From the NCBI GenBank assembly GCA_020726265.1, contig DYSZ01000002.1, positions 1,262 through 65,261 of the forward strand: a DNA stretch of 64,000 nt. Reading direction: 5' to 3'. The notes under the pieces were generated by a model. It saw nothing but the letters and a program-made list of their open reading frames with translations, was not told where the DNA came from and ran no database searches. Within the stretch, counting starts at the first letter, position 1, and every line of letters begins with the position of its first letter. Below are positions 18,764-28,205 of this stretch, in pieces. A program made the position numbers and the translations under genes. The DNA is from Draconibacterium orientale. Its GTDB lineage: Bacteria > Bacteroidota > Bacteroidia > Bacteroidales > Prolixibacteraceae.

Positions 18764-18796
18764 AAGCCCTCCCTTTTGGAGAGGGTTGGAAGAGGC
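18764..18796. repeat. GC-rich hairpin repeat, copy 2
   Basis: agccctccc-tttt-ggagaggg-ttggaagaggct. Same spacer, inverted relative to copy 1. Confidence 0.65.
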
Positions 18797-18798
18797 TA

Positions 18799-20061
18799 TT
18801 ATTCATCTCTTAACGCTTCAATTGGTTTAATACTTGCCGCCCGTTTTGCCGGAATATAACCGGCAATTGTACCTGCAATTACAAGTAAAACTGTCGCCAT
18901 CACCGCCACATTCAAATCAACTGTGGGGTTTCGAAAAATGGTTTCTCCATTTCCGCCATTGGTTGCAGCCGAGGCGGCATATTGCTGTTCAACAAAAAAG
19001 TTAATCCCTTCCATTAAACCAGTGCCAAGCACCAGCCCGATGTAACCGGCCACTGTGGTAATTAAAATCGACTCGAGTAAAATCAAACCAATTACTGAAG
19101 CGGGACTTGCGCCAATTGCTTTGCGAATTCCTATTTCCTTGGTGCGTTCTTTAACCACAATGAGCATAATATTGCTTACACCAACCACGCCGGCAATTAA
19201 AGTTCCTGTTCCGATAATCCAGATAAAAATTTCGATTGCCTGGAAAATCTTCATGGTTTGCATCACGTCTTCCAGTTTATTGTATGAGCCTAACGCCGAT
19301 TCGTCGGTAGCGTCAAATTTATGTTTTTGTGCCACCTGCTCACGCACTGCGGTTTCAATAGCCTGACTTTCTTCAATGGTTTTAGCATCAACAGTTACAG
19401 CGAAGTTGTGCAGCCGGTTTGAGCCATTGAAAACACGCTGCCCTGTGGTAACCGGAATGTATGCATTGCGATGACGGGTGCCGCCACCTTCTTTGCAAAT
19501 GCCAACCACTTTAAACGGAATGTTATTAACGCGTACATATTCGCCAATTGCATTTTTTCCCTTGAATAGTGCATCGTAAATATCTTTTCCCAATACTACC
19601 GATTTTCGTGCTTCGCGAATGTCAATTTCATTTACAAAACGGCCTTCCACAATATCAATCGATTCTACCTCCTGTAAATCGGGGTGACAGGTTATCGCTG
19701 TGTAACTGCCGTATTCGCTTCCATACGAAAACATGTTGCCACGTATGAAATACCGCCCTGATGTTTTATCAATTCCCGGAATATCTTTAATGATGTCGTA
19801 ATCATCATTGGTTAGTTTAATTTCCCTGCCCTCTTTCATCCCCTGGTACGGAATGCTTGTTTTTCCGCTCCAAAGCCACATGCCGTTAATGGCGTCGCGG
19901 GTAAAATTTTCTGAAACACCATTACTGAGGCCATTTCCCGAACCAAGCAGAATCATGAGCATAAAAATCCCCCAGGCCACACTGAACCCGGTAAGAAAAG
20001 TCCTCATCTTATTTTTTTTTATGGTGGACAGAATCTCCTGCCATTTATCGATATCGAACAT
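18799..20061 (-). CDS. ABC transporter permease, MacB/FtsX type (paralog)
   Basis: Same architecture as 17384-18661. Ends ...PAKRAASIKPIEALRDE. Confidence 0.85.
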   Translation of the reverse strand: MFDIDKWQEILSTIKKNKMRTFLTGFSVAWGIFMLMILLGSGNGLSNGVSENFTRDAINGMWLWSGKTSIPYQGMKEGREIKLTNDDYDIIKDIPGIDKTSGRYFIRGNMFSYGSEYGSYTAITCHPDLQEVESIDIVEGRFVNEIDIREARKSVVLGKDIYDALFKGKNAIGEYVRVNNIPFKVVGICKEGGGTRHRNAYIPVTTGQRVFNGSNRLHNFAVTVDAKTIEESQAIETAVREQVAQKHKFDATDESALGSYNKLEDVMQTMKIFQAIEIFIWIIGTGTLIAGVVGVSNIMLIVVKERTKEIGIRKAIGASPASVIGLILLESILITTVAGYIGLVLGTGLMEGINFFVEQQYAASAATNGGNGETIFRNPTVDLNVAVMATVLLVIAGTIAGYIPAKRAASIKPIEALRDE

Positions 20062-20104
20062 TCAGAATAAGTTTAAAGTTTCCAGTTTAAAGTTCAATGT
20101 TTTT

Positions 20105-20830
20105 TCAGGCAATTTCGAGTTCGCGCTTATACTGGTGCTTCCAGTCTTTCAGTTCACCATTTTCCAGTATTTCGGCAATCTTACCGTCGTGCAGCCTGAT
20201 AATTTTTTGTGTCATGGCGGCAATGTCATGCTCATGCGTTACAATAATCAGTGTAATCCCTTCTTTGTTAATGTCCTGCAAAATATCCATCACTTCGAAT
20301 GAAGTTGCCGAATCGAGAGCTCCGGTGGGTTCGTCGGCGAAAATGATTTTCGGTTTCGAAATCAGCGACCGCGCAATGGCAACACGCTGTTTTTGTCCGC
20401 CCGACATTTCGCTTGGCAGGTGATTTGCCCAAGGCAGTAATCCCATTTTATCGAGGTATTCGAGCGCAATTTTATTTCGTTTTTTACGGTTTACACCCTG
20501 GTAATACAATGGCAACGCCACATTTTCCATGGCATTTTTAAACGAAATCAAATTAAACGACTGAAATACAAAACCCAGCATTTCGTTGCGAAGCTGGGCG
20601 GCCTGTTTTTCCGACATGTTTTTAATGAGTTTCCCATTCAAATGGTATGTACCCTCGTCGTAATTATCCAAAATGCCGAGGATATTCAGCAGGGTCGATT
20701 TCCCCGAACCCGATGAACCCATGATGGAAACAAATTCGCCGTGGGCGATGTGCAGGTCTATGCCTTTCAGCACGTGTAGCTTGCTGCTGCCCATTGCGTA
20801 AGATTTGTGAACATTGCTTAAACTAATCAT
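20105..20830 (-). CDS. ABC transporter ATP-binding protein (MacB/LolD-like)
   Basis: Walker A GSSGSGKST, signature LSGGQKQRVAIARSL, Walker B IIFADEPTGALD. Confidence 0.9.
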   Translation of the reverse strand: MISLSNVHKSYAMGSSKLHVLKGIDLHIAHGEFVSIMGSSGSGKSTLLNILGILDNYDEGTYHLNGKLIKNMSEKQAAQLRNEMLGFVFQSFNLISFKNAMENVALPLYYQGVNRKKRNKIALEYLDKMGLLPWANHLPSEMSGGQKQRVAIARSLISKPKIIFADEPTGALDSATSFEVMDILQDINKEGITLIIVTHEHDIAAMTQKIIRLHDGKIAEILENGELKDWKHQYKRELEIA

Positions 20831-21110
20831 TACTTTACAATTTGTTTTTTGGCTGTTTTCTGTTTTCGCTGTTAAAATTCTGTTTTTAAAACTTTATCGC
20901 CACAATTTTTTCGATAAACGGTCGAAAAACGGGTGTGAAAGTGTTTTTTCGCAAGTTGTTTCGTCTTCTGGTTGCCGGTTTTTTTCTACACCGACATAAA
21001 ACTGACGCACAACTTTAATTTATGTTACAACAGTGAATTATTATCAGTCTCAGTTTTTATATTGGTCTCCAGGGTGTAACTTCCTACTTTTAAAGTGAAT
21101 TCCTTTTCCA

Positions 21111-21118
21111 TACTTTTG
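21111..21118 (+). promoter_or_regulatory. candidate -7 promoter box (TActTTTG)
   Basis: TAnnTTTG 20 nt upstream of the ATG at 21139. Confidence 0.4.
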
Positions 21119-21138
21119 CACTATACAAAATCTGATTT

Positions 21139-22680
21139 ATGGGATTTAAAACCATTTCGCTGAAACTGCCCACTGATTTTACCACTGAAATGCTGCAAAA
21201 CCGCATTTCTAAGGAATTGCGTCTTAAACAATTCTCGTTTCATATCGAAAATAAAAGTCTCGATGCCCGCAACAAAGCCAATATTTACTGGCTGGTGCAG
21301 GTTATTGTTCAATCTGACGAAATCAAAGGCGGAGATGAAATTAAAACTGAAAAACTTGTCATTCCACATAAAAAACGGAATGAACGTGTGGTTGTGGTTG
21401 GTAGCGGTCCTGCCGGTTTTTTTGCCGCTTTTGTTTTGCAAAAAGCCGGTTTTAATGTCACACTGATTGAACGTGGTTCGCAGGTGGACAAACGCGGAAA
21501 ATCGATTTTGAATTTCGAACGCACAGGCAATTTCGATGCACAAAACAATTATGCTTTTGGCGAAGGTGGCGCCGGCACTTTTTCTGATGGCAAACTTACT
21601 TCGCGCTCAAAACACATTTCACTTGAAAAGGAGTTTATTCTGAGAAGTTATGTGGAAGCGGGCGCTCCCGCCGAAATTGAATATATGGCACATCCACATC
21701 TTGGCACCGACAACTTGCGGAACATTGTGGTTAATCTGCGTGCCCAATTCGAGAATTTGGGTGGAAAAATGCTTTTCGAAAACTTGCTAACCGATATTGT
21801 GGTTAAAAATTCGAAAGTAACTGAGGTGGTCACTTCCACCGGAATGTTTCCGGTGGAAGCGCTTTTCATTGCACCCGGCCACTCGGCGTATGAAACTTAT
21901 GAAATGTTGATTCGCCGCGGTGTTCCTTTCCGAACAAAGAATTTTGCCATTGGCAGTCGCATGGAACACCGGCAGGAAACGATAAATGTGGCGCAGTGGG
22001 GTACGCCTGAACTGCCGGGTGTTAAAGCGGCTGAATACCGTGTTACTTCACCAGCCGATGGGAAGCACCAGGTTTTTTCGTTTTGCATGTGCCCGGGTGG
22101 TATTGTGGTTCCGGCTGCTGCATATGCCGAAACCAATATTGTAAACGGAATGAGCTTTTACAGTCGCAGCGGCAATTTTGCCAATGCGGCGTGTGTGGCA
22201 GGTATCCACCCCGATGAGCTTGCAGGCAAAACAGTTTCGGCTTTGGATGCACTCGCCAACCTGCGAAAAATTGAAGAACAGTTTTACCAGTTTACGCGAA
22301 GCTATTCAGCGCCAGCCTGTTCGATTGCCGGATTTATGCGGATGAAAACCGGCAGCGAAAAACTGCAGAGCAGCTACCCATTGGGTCTCACCTCCGCTCC
22401 GCTTTGGGAGTTATTACCAAAGCCTGTGGTAAATTCGATGCAGGCCGGATTGCTAGATTTTAACCGCAAAATGCGCGGGTTTGAAACCGGAACCCTGATT
22501 GGTTTCGAAAGCAAAACCTCATCGCCGGTGCAGGTGGTGCGCGAATCCAACGGACGATGTGAAAGCTTTGAAAACCTTTATATTGTTGGCGAAGGCAGCG
22601 GTTATGCAGGTGGTATAATTTCGAGCGCTGCGGATGGGGTAAAGGCGGCAATGGGGCTGGTGGGGAAAAGCCCCTCCTAA
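21139..22680 (+). CDS. FAD-dependent oxidoreductase (COG2509-like uncharacterised dehydrogenase)
   Basis: VVVVGSGPAGFFAAFVLQKAG dinucleotide-binding motif. 513 aa. The last about 4 codons are supplied by hairpin repeat copy 3. Confidence 0.75.
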   Translation: MGFKTISLKLPTDFTTEMLQNRISKELRLKQFSFHIENKSLDARNKANIYWLVQVIVQSDEIKGGDEIKTEKLVIPHKKRNERVVVVGSGPAGFFAAFVLQKAGFNVTLIERGSQVDKRGKSILNFERTGNFDAQNNYAFGEGGAGTFSDGKLTSRSKHISLEKEFILRSYVEAGAPAEIEYMAHPHLGTDNLRNIVVNLRAQFENLGGKMLFENLLTDIVVKNSKVTEVVTSTGMFPVEALFIAPGHSAYETYEMLIRRGVPFRTKNFAIGSRMEHRQETINVAQWGTPELPGVKAAEYRVTSPADGKHQVFSFCMCPGGIVVPAAAYAETNIVNGMSFYSRSGNFANAACVAGIHPDELAGKTVSALDALANLRKIEEQFYQFTRSYSAPACSIAGFMRMKTGSEKLQSSYPLGLTSAPLWELLPKPVVNSMQAGLLDFNRKMRGFETGTLIGFESKTSSPVQVVRESNGRCESFENLYIVGEGSGYAGGIISSAADGVKAAMGLVGKSPS

Positions 22681-22698
22681 CCTCCCCGGGGGGAGGAA
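22668..22698. repeat. GC-rich hairpin repeat, copy 3
   Basis: agcccctcc-taa-cctcccc-ggg-gggagg. Contains the stop codon of the FAD-protein gene. Confidence 0.65.
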
Positions 22699-22769
22699 CA
22701 GGTAAATAGGTTATTCTTCTTTGATATGGCAATTTTTGTAACTTTGGTCAATAATTTAAAAGCTGCAAA

Positions 22770-22955
22770 ATGACAACAATAACGATTACAGTAAACGAAA
22801 AAACAGCAAAGGGGGAAAAAATTGTTGAATTTATAAAAACACTCGACTTTGTAAAATTTGACGAAAGCCCTTACAATCCTCATTTTGTAAAAGAAATACA
22901 AAAATCGCGAGAGAGTAAAGGCAAGGTTATCAAAACCGAAGATTTATGGAAGTAG
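22770..22955 (+). CDS. putative antitoxin of YoeB-like toxin (DUF2683-like)
   Basis: 61 aa. Overlaps the downstream toxin gene by 10 nt. Small acidic/basic protein. Confidence 0.55.
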   Translation: MTTITITVNEKTAKGEKIVEFIKTLDFVKFDESPYNPHFVKEIQKSRESKGKVIKTEDLWK

Positions 22956-23212
22956 TCTATAAAGATAAAGCCATCGAAGATATTAAGTTCTGGAAAAAGA
23001 GTGGTCAAAAAGATATACAGTTTCGCATAACAAAACTCATCGAAGATATACAGCTTCACCCTCAAACAGGATTGGGGAATACAGAAGCAACGAAATACGA
23101 ACTTTCCGGTTTGTGGTCGCAGAAAATTGATAAAGGAAACCGATTAATTTATGAGATTTTCGAAAATAACATTCACGCAATTTCAATGCGCGGTCACTAT
23201 TCTGATAAATAG
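22946..23212 (+). CDS. Txe/YoeB-family type II toxin (mRNA interferase)
   Basis: 88 aa. ...KKSGQKDIQFRITKLIEDIQLHPQTGLGNTEATKYELSGLWSQKIDKGNRLIYEI....MRGHY matches the YoeB pattern. Confidence 0.75.
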   Translation: MEVVYKDKAIEDIKFWKKSGQKDIQFRITKLIEDIQLHPQTGLGNTEATKYELSGLWSQKIDKGNRLIYEIFENNIHAISMRGHYSDK

Positions 23213-23297
23213 GTTAACTCCACCAACCTGCGGAAATATTGATTTCCTGAAAAACAAAAACAACCATGAGATTAGCCAATAAATAAAAATATGTTTT

Positions 23298-23771
23298 ATG
23301 TATGTTTCAATCCTTTACGAGTCGTTTTTTGGCAATACAGAAAAAATTGCACAGGCAATGGCCGAACCATTTGGCAGTGCAGTTTTGTTGAAAAAGATTG
23401 ACAATGTCAGTTTCGATGAACTGACGGAAGTTGAATTGCTGGTTGTTGGCTCACCAACCCGCGGATTCAGGCCTTGTGAAAAGACAAAGGCGTTTTTAAA
23501 AAGTATCCCTGAAAACGGGTTAAATGGAGTTAAGGTTGCAGCTTTTGATACAAGAATTATGTTGGAAACCATCAAATCGAAACCACTTCGATTTATGGTG
23601 AAAACCGGAGGTTATGCCGCGAAACATATTGCCAAAACCTTGCAAAAGAAAGGCGGAAAACTTGTGGCTCCGCCAGAAGGGTTCATGGTAACCGGAGAAG
23701 AAGGCCCGCTGGCCGACGAAGAGTTGGAAAGGGCACGAAACTGGGCTGTTCAAATCATTCAGCAAGGTTAA
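23298..23771 (+). CDS. flavodoxin-family protein
   Basis: ILYESFFGNTEKIAQAM is an N-terminal flavodoxin-like FMN loop. 157 aa. Confidence 0.7.
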   Translation: MYVSILYESFFGNTEKIAQAMAEPFGSAVLLKKIDNVSFDELTEVELLVVGSPTRGFRPCEKTKAFLKSIPENGLNGVKVAAFDTRIMLETIKSKPLRFMVKTGGYAAKHIAKTLQKKGGKLVAPPEGFMVTGEEGPLADEELERARNWAVQIIQQG

Positions 23772-23830
23772 TTAAACTCAATTTTTCAATTCACAATTTA
23801 GAACAATTCCACATTTTTCAGGTTTAATTG

Positions 23831-23838
23831 TACATTTG
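23831..23838 (+). promoter_or_regulatory. candidate -7 promoter box (TAcaTTTG)
   Basis: TAnnTTTG 27 nt upstream of the ATG at 23866. Confidence 0.4.
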
Positions 23839-23865
23839 CAATCCTTTACAAAAAAAATTTTGAAT

Positions 23866-25131
23866 ATGACAACGAAAAATATTCCCTTTTCGAAGGAACA
23901 ACTTGAAAAGATAATTGAAACCCACCCAACTCCATTTCATATTTACGACGAAAAAGCGATGCGTGAAAACGCCCGAAACTTTGTAAAAGTCTTTTCGTGG
24001 AACGAAGGATTTAGGGAATTTTATGCGATAAAAGCTGCTCCAAATCCGTACCTGATGAAAATTCTGAGGGAAGAGGGTTTTGGTATCGACTGCAGTTCGG
24101 TTACCGAACTCGAAATTGCCAAGCGGGTTGGTATGAGCGGCGACGAAATCATGCTTACTTCGAACGACACGCCAGCAAGCGAGTTTCAAATGGCCAAAGA
24201 TTTGGGCGCAATTATTAATCTCGACGATATTTCGCACATTGAATATCTTGAAAAGAATGTGGGTTTACCCGAAACCATTTGTTTGCGCTACAATCCCGGC
24301 GACCTGAAACAAGGCAACCTGATTATCGGTCACCCGGAGGAAGCGAAATATGGTTTTACGCATGAGCAAATGATTGAAGGTTATGCCATGCTGAAAGAAA
24401 AAGGAGTGAAACGGTTTGGCGTTCACACTATGGTGGCATCCAACGAACTAGACCCCGATTATTTTATCGAAACCGCTGAAATTCTGTTCAAGTTGATTAT
24501 TGAGGTTTATGAAAAAACCGGAATCAAAGTTGAATTTGCCAACCTTGGCGGCGGTATTGGTATTCCGTACAAACCTGAGCAAAAAGCTGTTAACCTTGAA
24601 TATGTGAGCGCCGGAATCAGGAAGTTGTACGATGAAATGATTGTGGGCAACGGATTGGCTCCGCTGAAACTGTATTTCGAATCGGGCCGTATGATAACCG
24701 GACCTTACGGATATTTGGTAACCACAGTGCGCCACATAAAAAATACATTTAAAAAGTTCGCTGGTCTCGATGCCAGCATGGCCAACCTGATGCGGCCTGC
24801 ACTTTACGGTGCTTATCATCACATAACAGTTGTTGGCAAGGAAAAGCAGCCGCTTAATACAATGTACGATGTTACAGGTTCACTTTGCGAAAACAACGAC
24901 AAATTCGCCATCGACCGCATGTTTCCGGAACTGGAACCCGGTGATTTTGTTGTCATTCACGATACCGGCGCACACGGTCATTCGATGGGGTTTAACTATA
25001 ATGGCAAACCACGGTCGGCCGAATTGTTGTTGCGTGAAAATGGCGAAGTCGCCCAAATCCGACGTGCTGAAACTATTGACGACCTGTTTATTACATTAGA
25101 TTTTGATGAGTTGAAGGATTTTGAAGTGTAA
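23866..25131 (+). CDS. PLP-dependent group IV decarboxylase (diaminopimelate decarboxylase family)
   Basis: YAIKAAPNP (PLP Lys), GGGIGIPY, GSLCENNDKF and GAHGHSMGFNYNGKPRSAELL. Confidence 0.75.
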   Translation: MTTKNIPFSKEQLEKIIETHPTPFHIYDEKAMRENARNFVKVFSWNEGFREFYAIKAAPNPYLMKILREEGFGIDCSSVTELEIAKRVGMSGDEIMLTSNDTPASEFQMAKDLGAIINLDDISHIEYLEKNVGLPETICLRYNPGDLKQGNLIIGHPEEAKYGFTHEQMIEGYAMLKEKGVKRFGVHTMVASNELDPDYFIETAEILFKLIIEVYEKTGIKVEFANLGGGIGIPYKPEQKAVNLEYVSAGIRKLYDEMIVGNGLAPLKLYFESGRMITGPYGYLVTTVRHIKNTFKKFAGLDASMANLMRPALYGAYHHITVVGKEKQPLNTMYDVTGSLCENNDKFAIDRMFPELEPGDFVVIHDTGAHGHSMGFNYNGKPRSAELLLRENGEVAQIRRAETIDDLFITLDFDELKDFEV

Positions 25132-25152
25132 CTGAAGCAACAAATATTTGCA

Positions 25153-25188
25153 AAGGCCGGAACTAAACCCGGCCTTTTTTGTATTTTT
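25153..25188 (+). terminator. rho-independent terminator (left copy of a duplicated 20-nt segment)
   Basis: aaggccgg-aactaaac-ccggcctttttt. The 20 nt ccggccttttttgtattttt (25169-25188) recur at 25920-25939. Confidence 0.7.
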
Positions 25189-25193
25189 GTTTT

Positions 25194-25520
25194 ATGACAA
25201 AGAAAAACCAGATATTACAAGCCGTGAAAACGATATTAAAATCGGCATTTGGCGACCGAATATCAGATGTTGTTTTGTTTGGTTCGCAAGCTAAAAACAC
25301 GGCAAAAAGATATTCAGATTATGACATTTTAATTGTTACCACTGTTATTTTTACCTGGCAGGAAAGAAGAGAAATCCGCAATTTGTGTTACGAAGTAATG
25401 CTGAAATACGATATTTTGATTGATTCAAAAATTATAACAAAACCTGAAATTGAAACAAAATTTTGGGGGAAACATCCGTTAATAACCGATGCACTTGCTT
25501 ATGGAATTTACGCAGGATAG
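25194..25520 (+). CDS. nucleotidyltransferase-domain protein (MNT-type antitoxin)
   Basis: LFGSQAKNTAKRYSDYDILIV is the GSxxxG..DxD minimal NTase motif. Confidence 0.75.
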   Translation: MTKKNQILQAVKTILKSAFGDRISDVVLFGSQAKNTAKRYSDYDILIVTTVIFTWQERREIRNLCYEVMLKYDILIDSKIITKPEIETKFWGKHPLITDALAYGIYAG

Positions 25521-25905
25521 CCAGGAAGAACTGATTAAATACAGAATTGAACAGGCGAAAGAAGCTATTTTGGAAGTGGAAATATTAATCGAAAAGAATC
25601 TTCTGAAAATAGCCATAAACCGGATATATTACGGTATGTTTTATATTCTTCTGGCATTAGCTCTGAAAAACAGATTCAAAACATCAAAACATAATCAACT
25701 AATTGGTTGGTTTAATAAAGAGTTTGTAAAACCATAGATTATTAATCAGAAATTTGGGAAAATCATAATTAATGGATTTGAAGATAGATCAGATGGTGAT
25801 TACGGAATTTTTATTCAGTTTAATAAAGATGAAGTTTTGTTAAAGTTTGAAGATATGAAGGAATTTATTGCTGAACTGGAAAAATTAATAAAGAACCAAA
25901 GTTGA
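25501..25905 (+). pseudogene. HEPN-domain protein interrupted by in-frame TAG (25735-25737)
   Basis: The N-terminal part reads QEELIKYRIEQAKEAILE...NRIYYGMFY. After the TAG the same frame continues IINQKFGKIIINGFEDRSDGDY...FIAELEKLIKNQS to the TGA at 25903-25905. Confidence 0.65.
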
Positions 25906-25940
25906 AGGCTGGCTGTAAACCGGCCTTTTTTGTATTTTTA
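25906..25940 (+). terminator. rho-independent terminator (right copy of duplicated segment)
   Basis: aaggctgg-ctgtaaa-ccggcctttttt. Its 20-nt tail is identical to 25169-25188. Confidence 0.65.
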
Positions 25941-25945
25941 ATGCC

Positions 25946-27064
25946 ATGAGAATAGGATTTGATGCAAAACGTGCTTTTCTGAATGCTTCCGGTCTGGGAA
26001 ACTACAGCCGGAACACAATCAACACTTTGCAACATTACGCGCCTGAAAATCAGTTTGTATTATACACACCCGAAATCAGGGAAAATCAGTTTGACGACTA
26101 CCGGAAATTTGAAGTGTATTCACCCGAGACCCGGTTATTCAAGCTTCTCAAACCACTTTGGAGAAGTTATGCGGCGGGGCATATAAAGAAACAGAATATT
26201 GAGCTGTACCACGGACTGAGCAACGAACTTCCGCATGGTATTCACAAACTCAATATTCCTTCGGTAGTCACAATCCACGACCTGATTTTCTTGCGTTACC
26301 CTGAATTTTATAAACTCATCGACCGGAAAATTTACTACGGTAAAGTAAAATATGCCTGCGAAACTGCCAATAAAATCATCGCCATCAGTGAACAAACCAG
26401 GGACGATATTATTCGCTTTTTTCAGGTTGAACCAGATAAAATTGAAGTGGTTTACCAATCAGTTGCACCGGTTTTTTACGAAAAACAGGAAACCGAAAAA
26501 CTCAGTCTTAAATACAAGCTTCCCAAACGTTTTATCCTTTCGGTGGGTTCGCTTGAACCCAGAAAAAACCAGTTGGCCATATTAAAAGCGATTAAGTCGG
26601 AGAAATTGGATATTCCGGTGGTATTTGTTGGAAAACACACTTCGTATTTCAACAAAATGAAACAGTTTATCGATGCAAACGGGTTGGAAAAACAGATAAT
26701 ATTTCTGCCACATATTGATGATGCCGAACTAGCCGGGTTGTACCAAATGGCAAGGTTTTCGGTTTACATTTCTTTTTTCGAAGGATTTGGTCTGCCTGTG
26801 ATTGAGGCGATGGCTAGTAGCTGCCCTGTAATTACATCGAACGTTTCGTGTTTGCCCGAAACTGCCGGAGGTGCAGCATTGCTCTGTTCTCCGGGCGATT
26901 TTGCCAGACTTGGTAAAAACATCAGGTTGATTCTTGAAAATGAAGAACAACGAAATAACATGATTTTTAAAGGAAATGAACGTGCAGCAAAATTTCATCC
27001 ACAACTTTTTGCTGAAAAAATGATTGATTTGTACTCATCTGTTTTAAAAAGAAGTGATGATTGA
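25946..27064 (+). CDS. glycosyltransferase, GT4/GT1-fold family
   Basis: C-terminal EGFGLPVIEAMASSCPVITSN motif. 372 aa. Confidence 0.8.
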   Translation: MRIGFDAKRAFLNASGLGNYSRNTINTLQHYAPENQFVLYTPEIRENQFDDYRKFEVYSPETRLFKLLKPLWRSYAAGHIKKQNIELYHGLSNELPHGIHKLNIPSVVTIHDLIFLRYPEFYKLIDRKIYYGKVKYACETANKIIAISEQTRDDIIRFFQVEPDKIEVVYQSVAPVFYEKQETEKLSLKYKLPKRFILSVGSLEPRKNQLAILKAIKSEKLDIPVVFVGKHTSYFNKMKQFIDANGLEKQIIFLPHIDDAELAGLYQMARFSVYISFFEGFGLPVIEAMASSCPVITSNVSCLPETAGGAALLCSPGDFARLGKNIRLILENEEQRNNMIFKGNERAAKFHPQLFAEKMIDLYSSVLKRSDD

Positions 27065-27620
27065 CGACATAAAAAGGGCACTTGAAGTGCTGAAAAACGG
27101 GGGTGTTATTCTCTACCCTACAGATACCATATGGGGAATCGGGTGCGATGCCACCAACGAAACTGCTGTGCAACGCATTTACCAGATAAAAAAACGTGCC
27201 GACAGTAAAAGTATGCTGGTTTTAATGGAAAACCCTGCGCTGCTTGACCGTTATGTAGCTGAAGTTCCGGAAATTGCATGGGATTTGGTTGAGGTGGCAA
27301 CAACGCCGTTAACAGTAATTTATCCGGGGGCAAAAAACCTCGCTAAAAACCTGGTTGCCGACGACGGCAGTGTTGGAATTCGTTTTACTAAAGAAACTTT
27401 CTCAAGTCAGTTACTGCAGCGTTTCCGCCGCCCGATAGTTTCCACTTCGGCGAATGTCAGTGGCGAAAAATCTCCTGCTGTTTTTGCCGAAATTTCAGAA
27501 GAAATAAAATCTCAGGTTGACTATATAGTTGAATACCGGCAAAACGACAATGCACCTGCTCAACCTTCTTCCATCATCAAACTGGGAGCTGGCGGGCAAA
27601 TCGAAATTTTAAGAAAATAA
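27054..27620 (+). CDS. tsaC: L-threonylcarbamoyladenylate synthase (YrdC/TsaC type)
   Basis: YPTDTIWGIGCDATN and SANVSG motifs. 188 aa. Confidence 0.8.
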   Translation: MMIDDIKRALEVLKNGGVILYPTDTIWGIGCDATNETAVQRIYQIKKRADSKSMLVLMENPALLDRYVAEVPEIAWDLVEVATTPLTVIYPGAKNLAKNLVADDGSVGIRFTKETFSSQLLQRFRRPIVSTSANVSGEKSPAVFAEISEEIKSQVDYIVEYRQNDNAPAQPSSIIKLGAGGQIEILRK

Positions 27621-27650
27621 AAGGCTGTCCATTTCCTGAGCAGCCTTTCA
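27620..27650. terminator. bidirectional terminator hairpin
   Basis: aaggctg-tccatttcctgag-cagcctt, between convergent tsaC and mscL. Confidence 0.5.
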
Positions 27651-27665
27651 AAATATTGTTCCTGA

Positions 27666-28088
27666 TTATTTGGTTTTCAAAAGATCACGGATTTCAGTTA
27701 AAAGTACTTCTTCTTTAGTTGGTTCCGGAACGACTGGCGCAGGAGCTGGTTCTTCCTCTTTCTTCCGGTTCATTTTGTTGATCAGTTTAATAAACATGAA
27801 GATGGCAAATGCAACAATAATAAAATCAAAAGTCATTTGCAGGAAATTACCATATTTAATGGCAACAGCCGCTTTCTCAACTCCATCAACAATTTCTCCC
27901 GGTTTTAATTCCATTTTTAAATCGGTAAAGTTCACGCCACCAACCAATAAACCGATGGGTGGCATTATTACATCGGCAACAAGCGATGCCACAATTTTCC
28001 CGAATGCACCACCTATTACAACACCGACAGCCAGATCAATCACGTTGCCACGCATGGCAAATTCTTTAAACTCCTTTAACATTCCCAT
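27666..28088 (-). CDS. mscL: large-conductance mechanosensitive channel
   Basis: Start moved to [33 protein letters not shown]. The upstream extension in the ORF track is AT-rich leader. Confidence 0.9.
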   Translation of the reverse strand: MGMLKEFKEFAMRGNVIDLAVGVVIGGAFGKIVASLVADVIMPPIGLLVGGVNFTDLKMELKPGEIVDGVEKAAVAIKYGNFLQMTFDFIIVAFAIFMFIKLINKMNRKKEEEPAPAPVVPEPTKEEVLLTEIRDLLKTK

Positions 28089-28205
28089 AATTTCAATTTT
28101 TAGATGATTTTTGTGCTTGTAATTTAAAAAAAAATTCAAGGTCTTCGATGAACGAAAAAAATAGGTCGTTGAATTCAACGACCTATTCAAATTTATGTGA
28201 ATATT

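Noticed and set aside
21121-21543. A 140-aa minus-strand ORF overlapping the start of the FAD-dependent oxidoreductase gene, and other antisense ORFs inside 21139-22680.
   Set aside because: They are fully embedded antisense to a gene with a clear Rossmann motif. They have no motifs of their own and odd composition.
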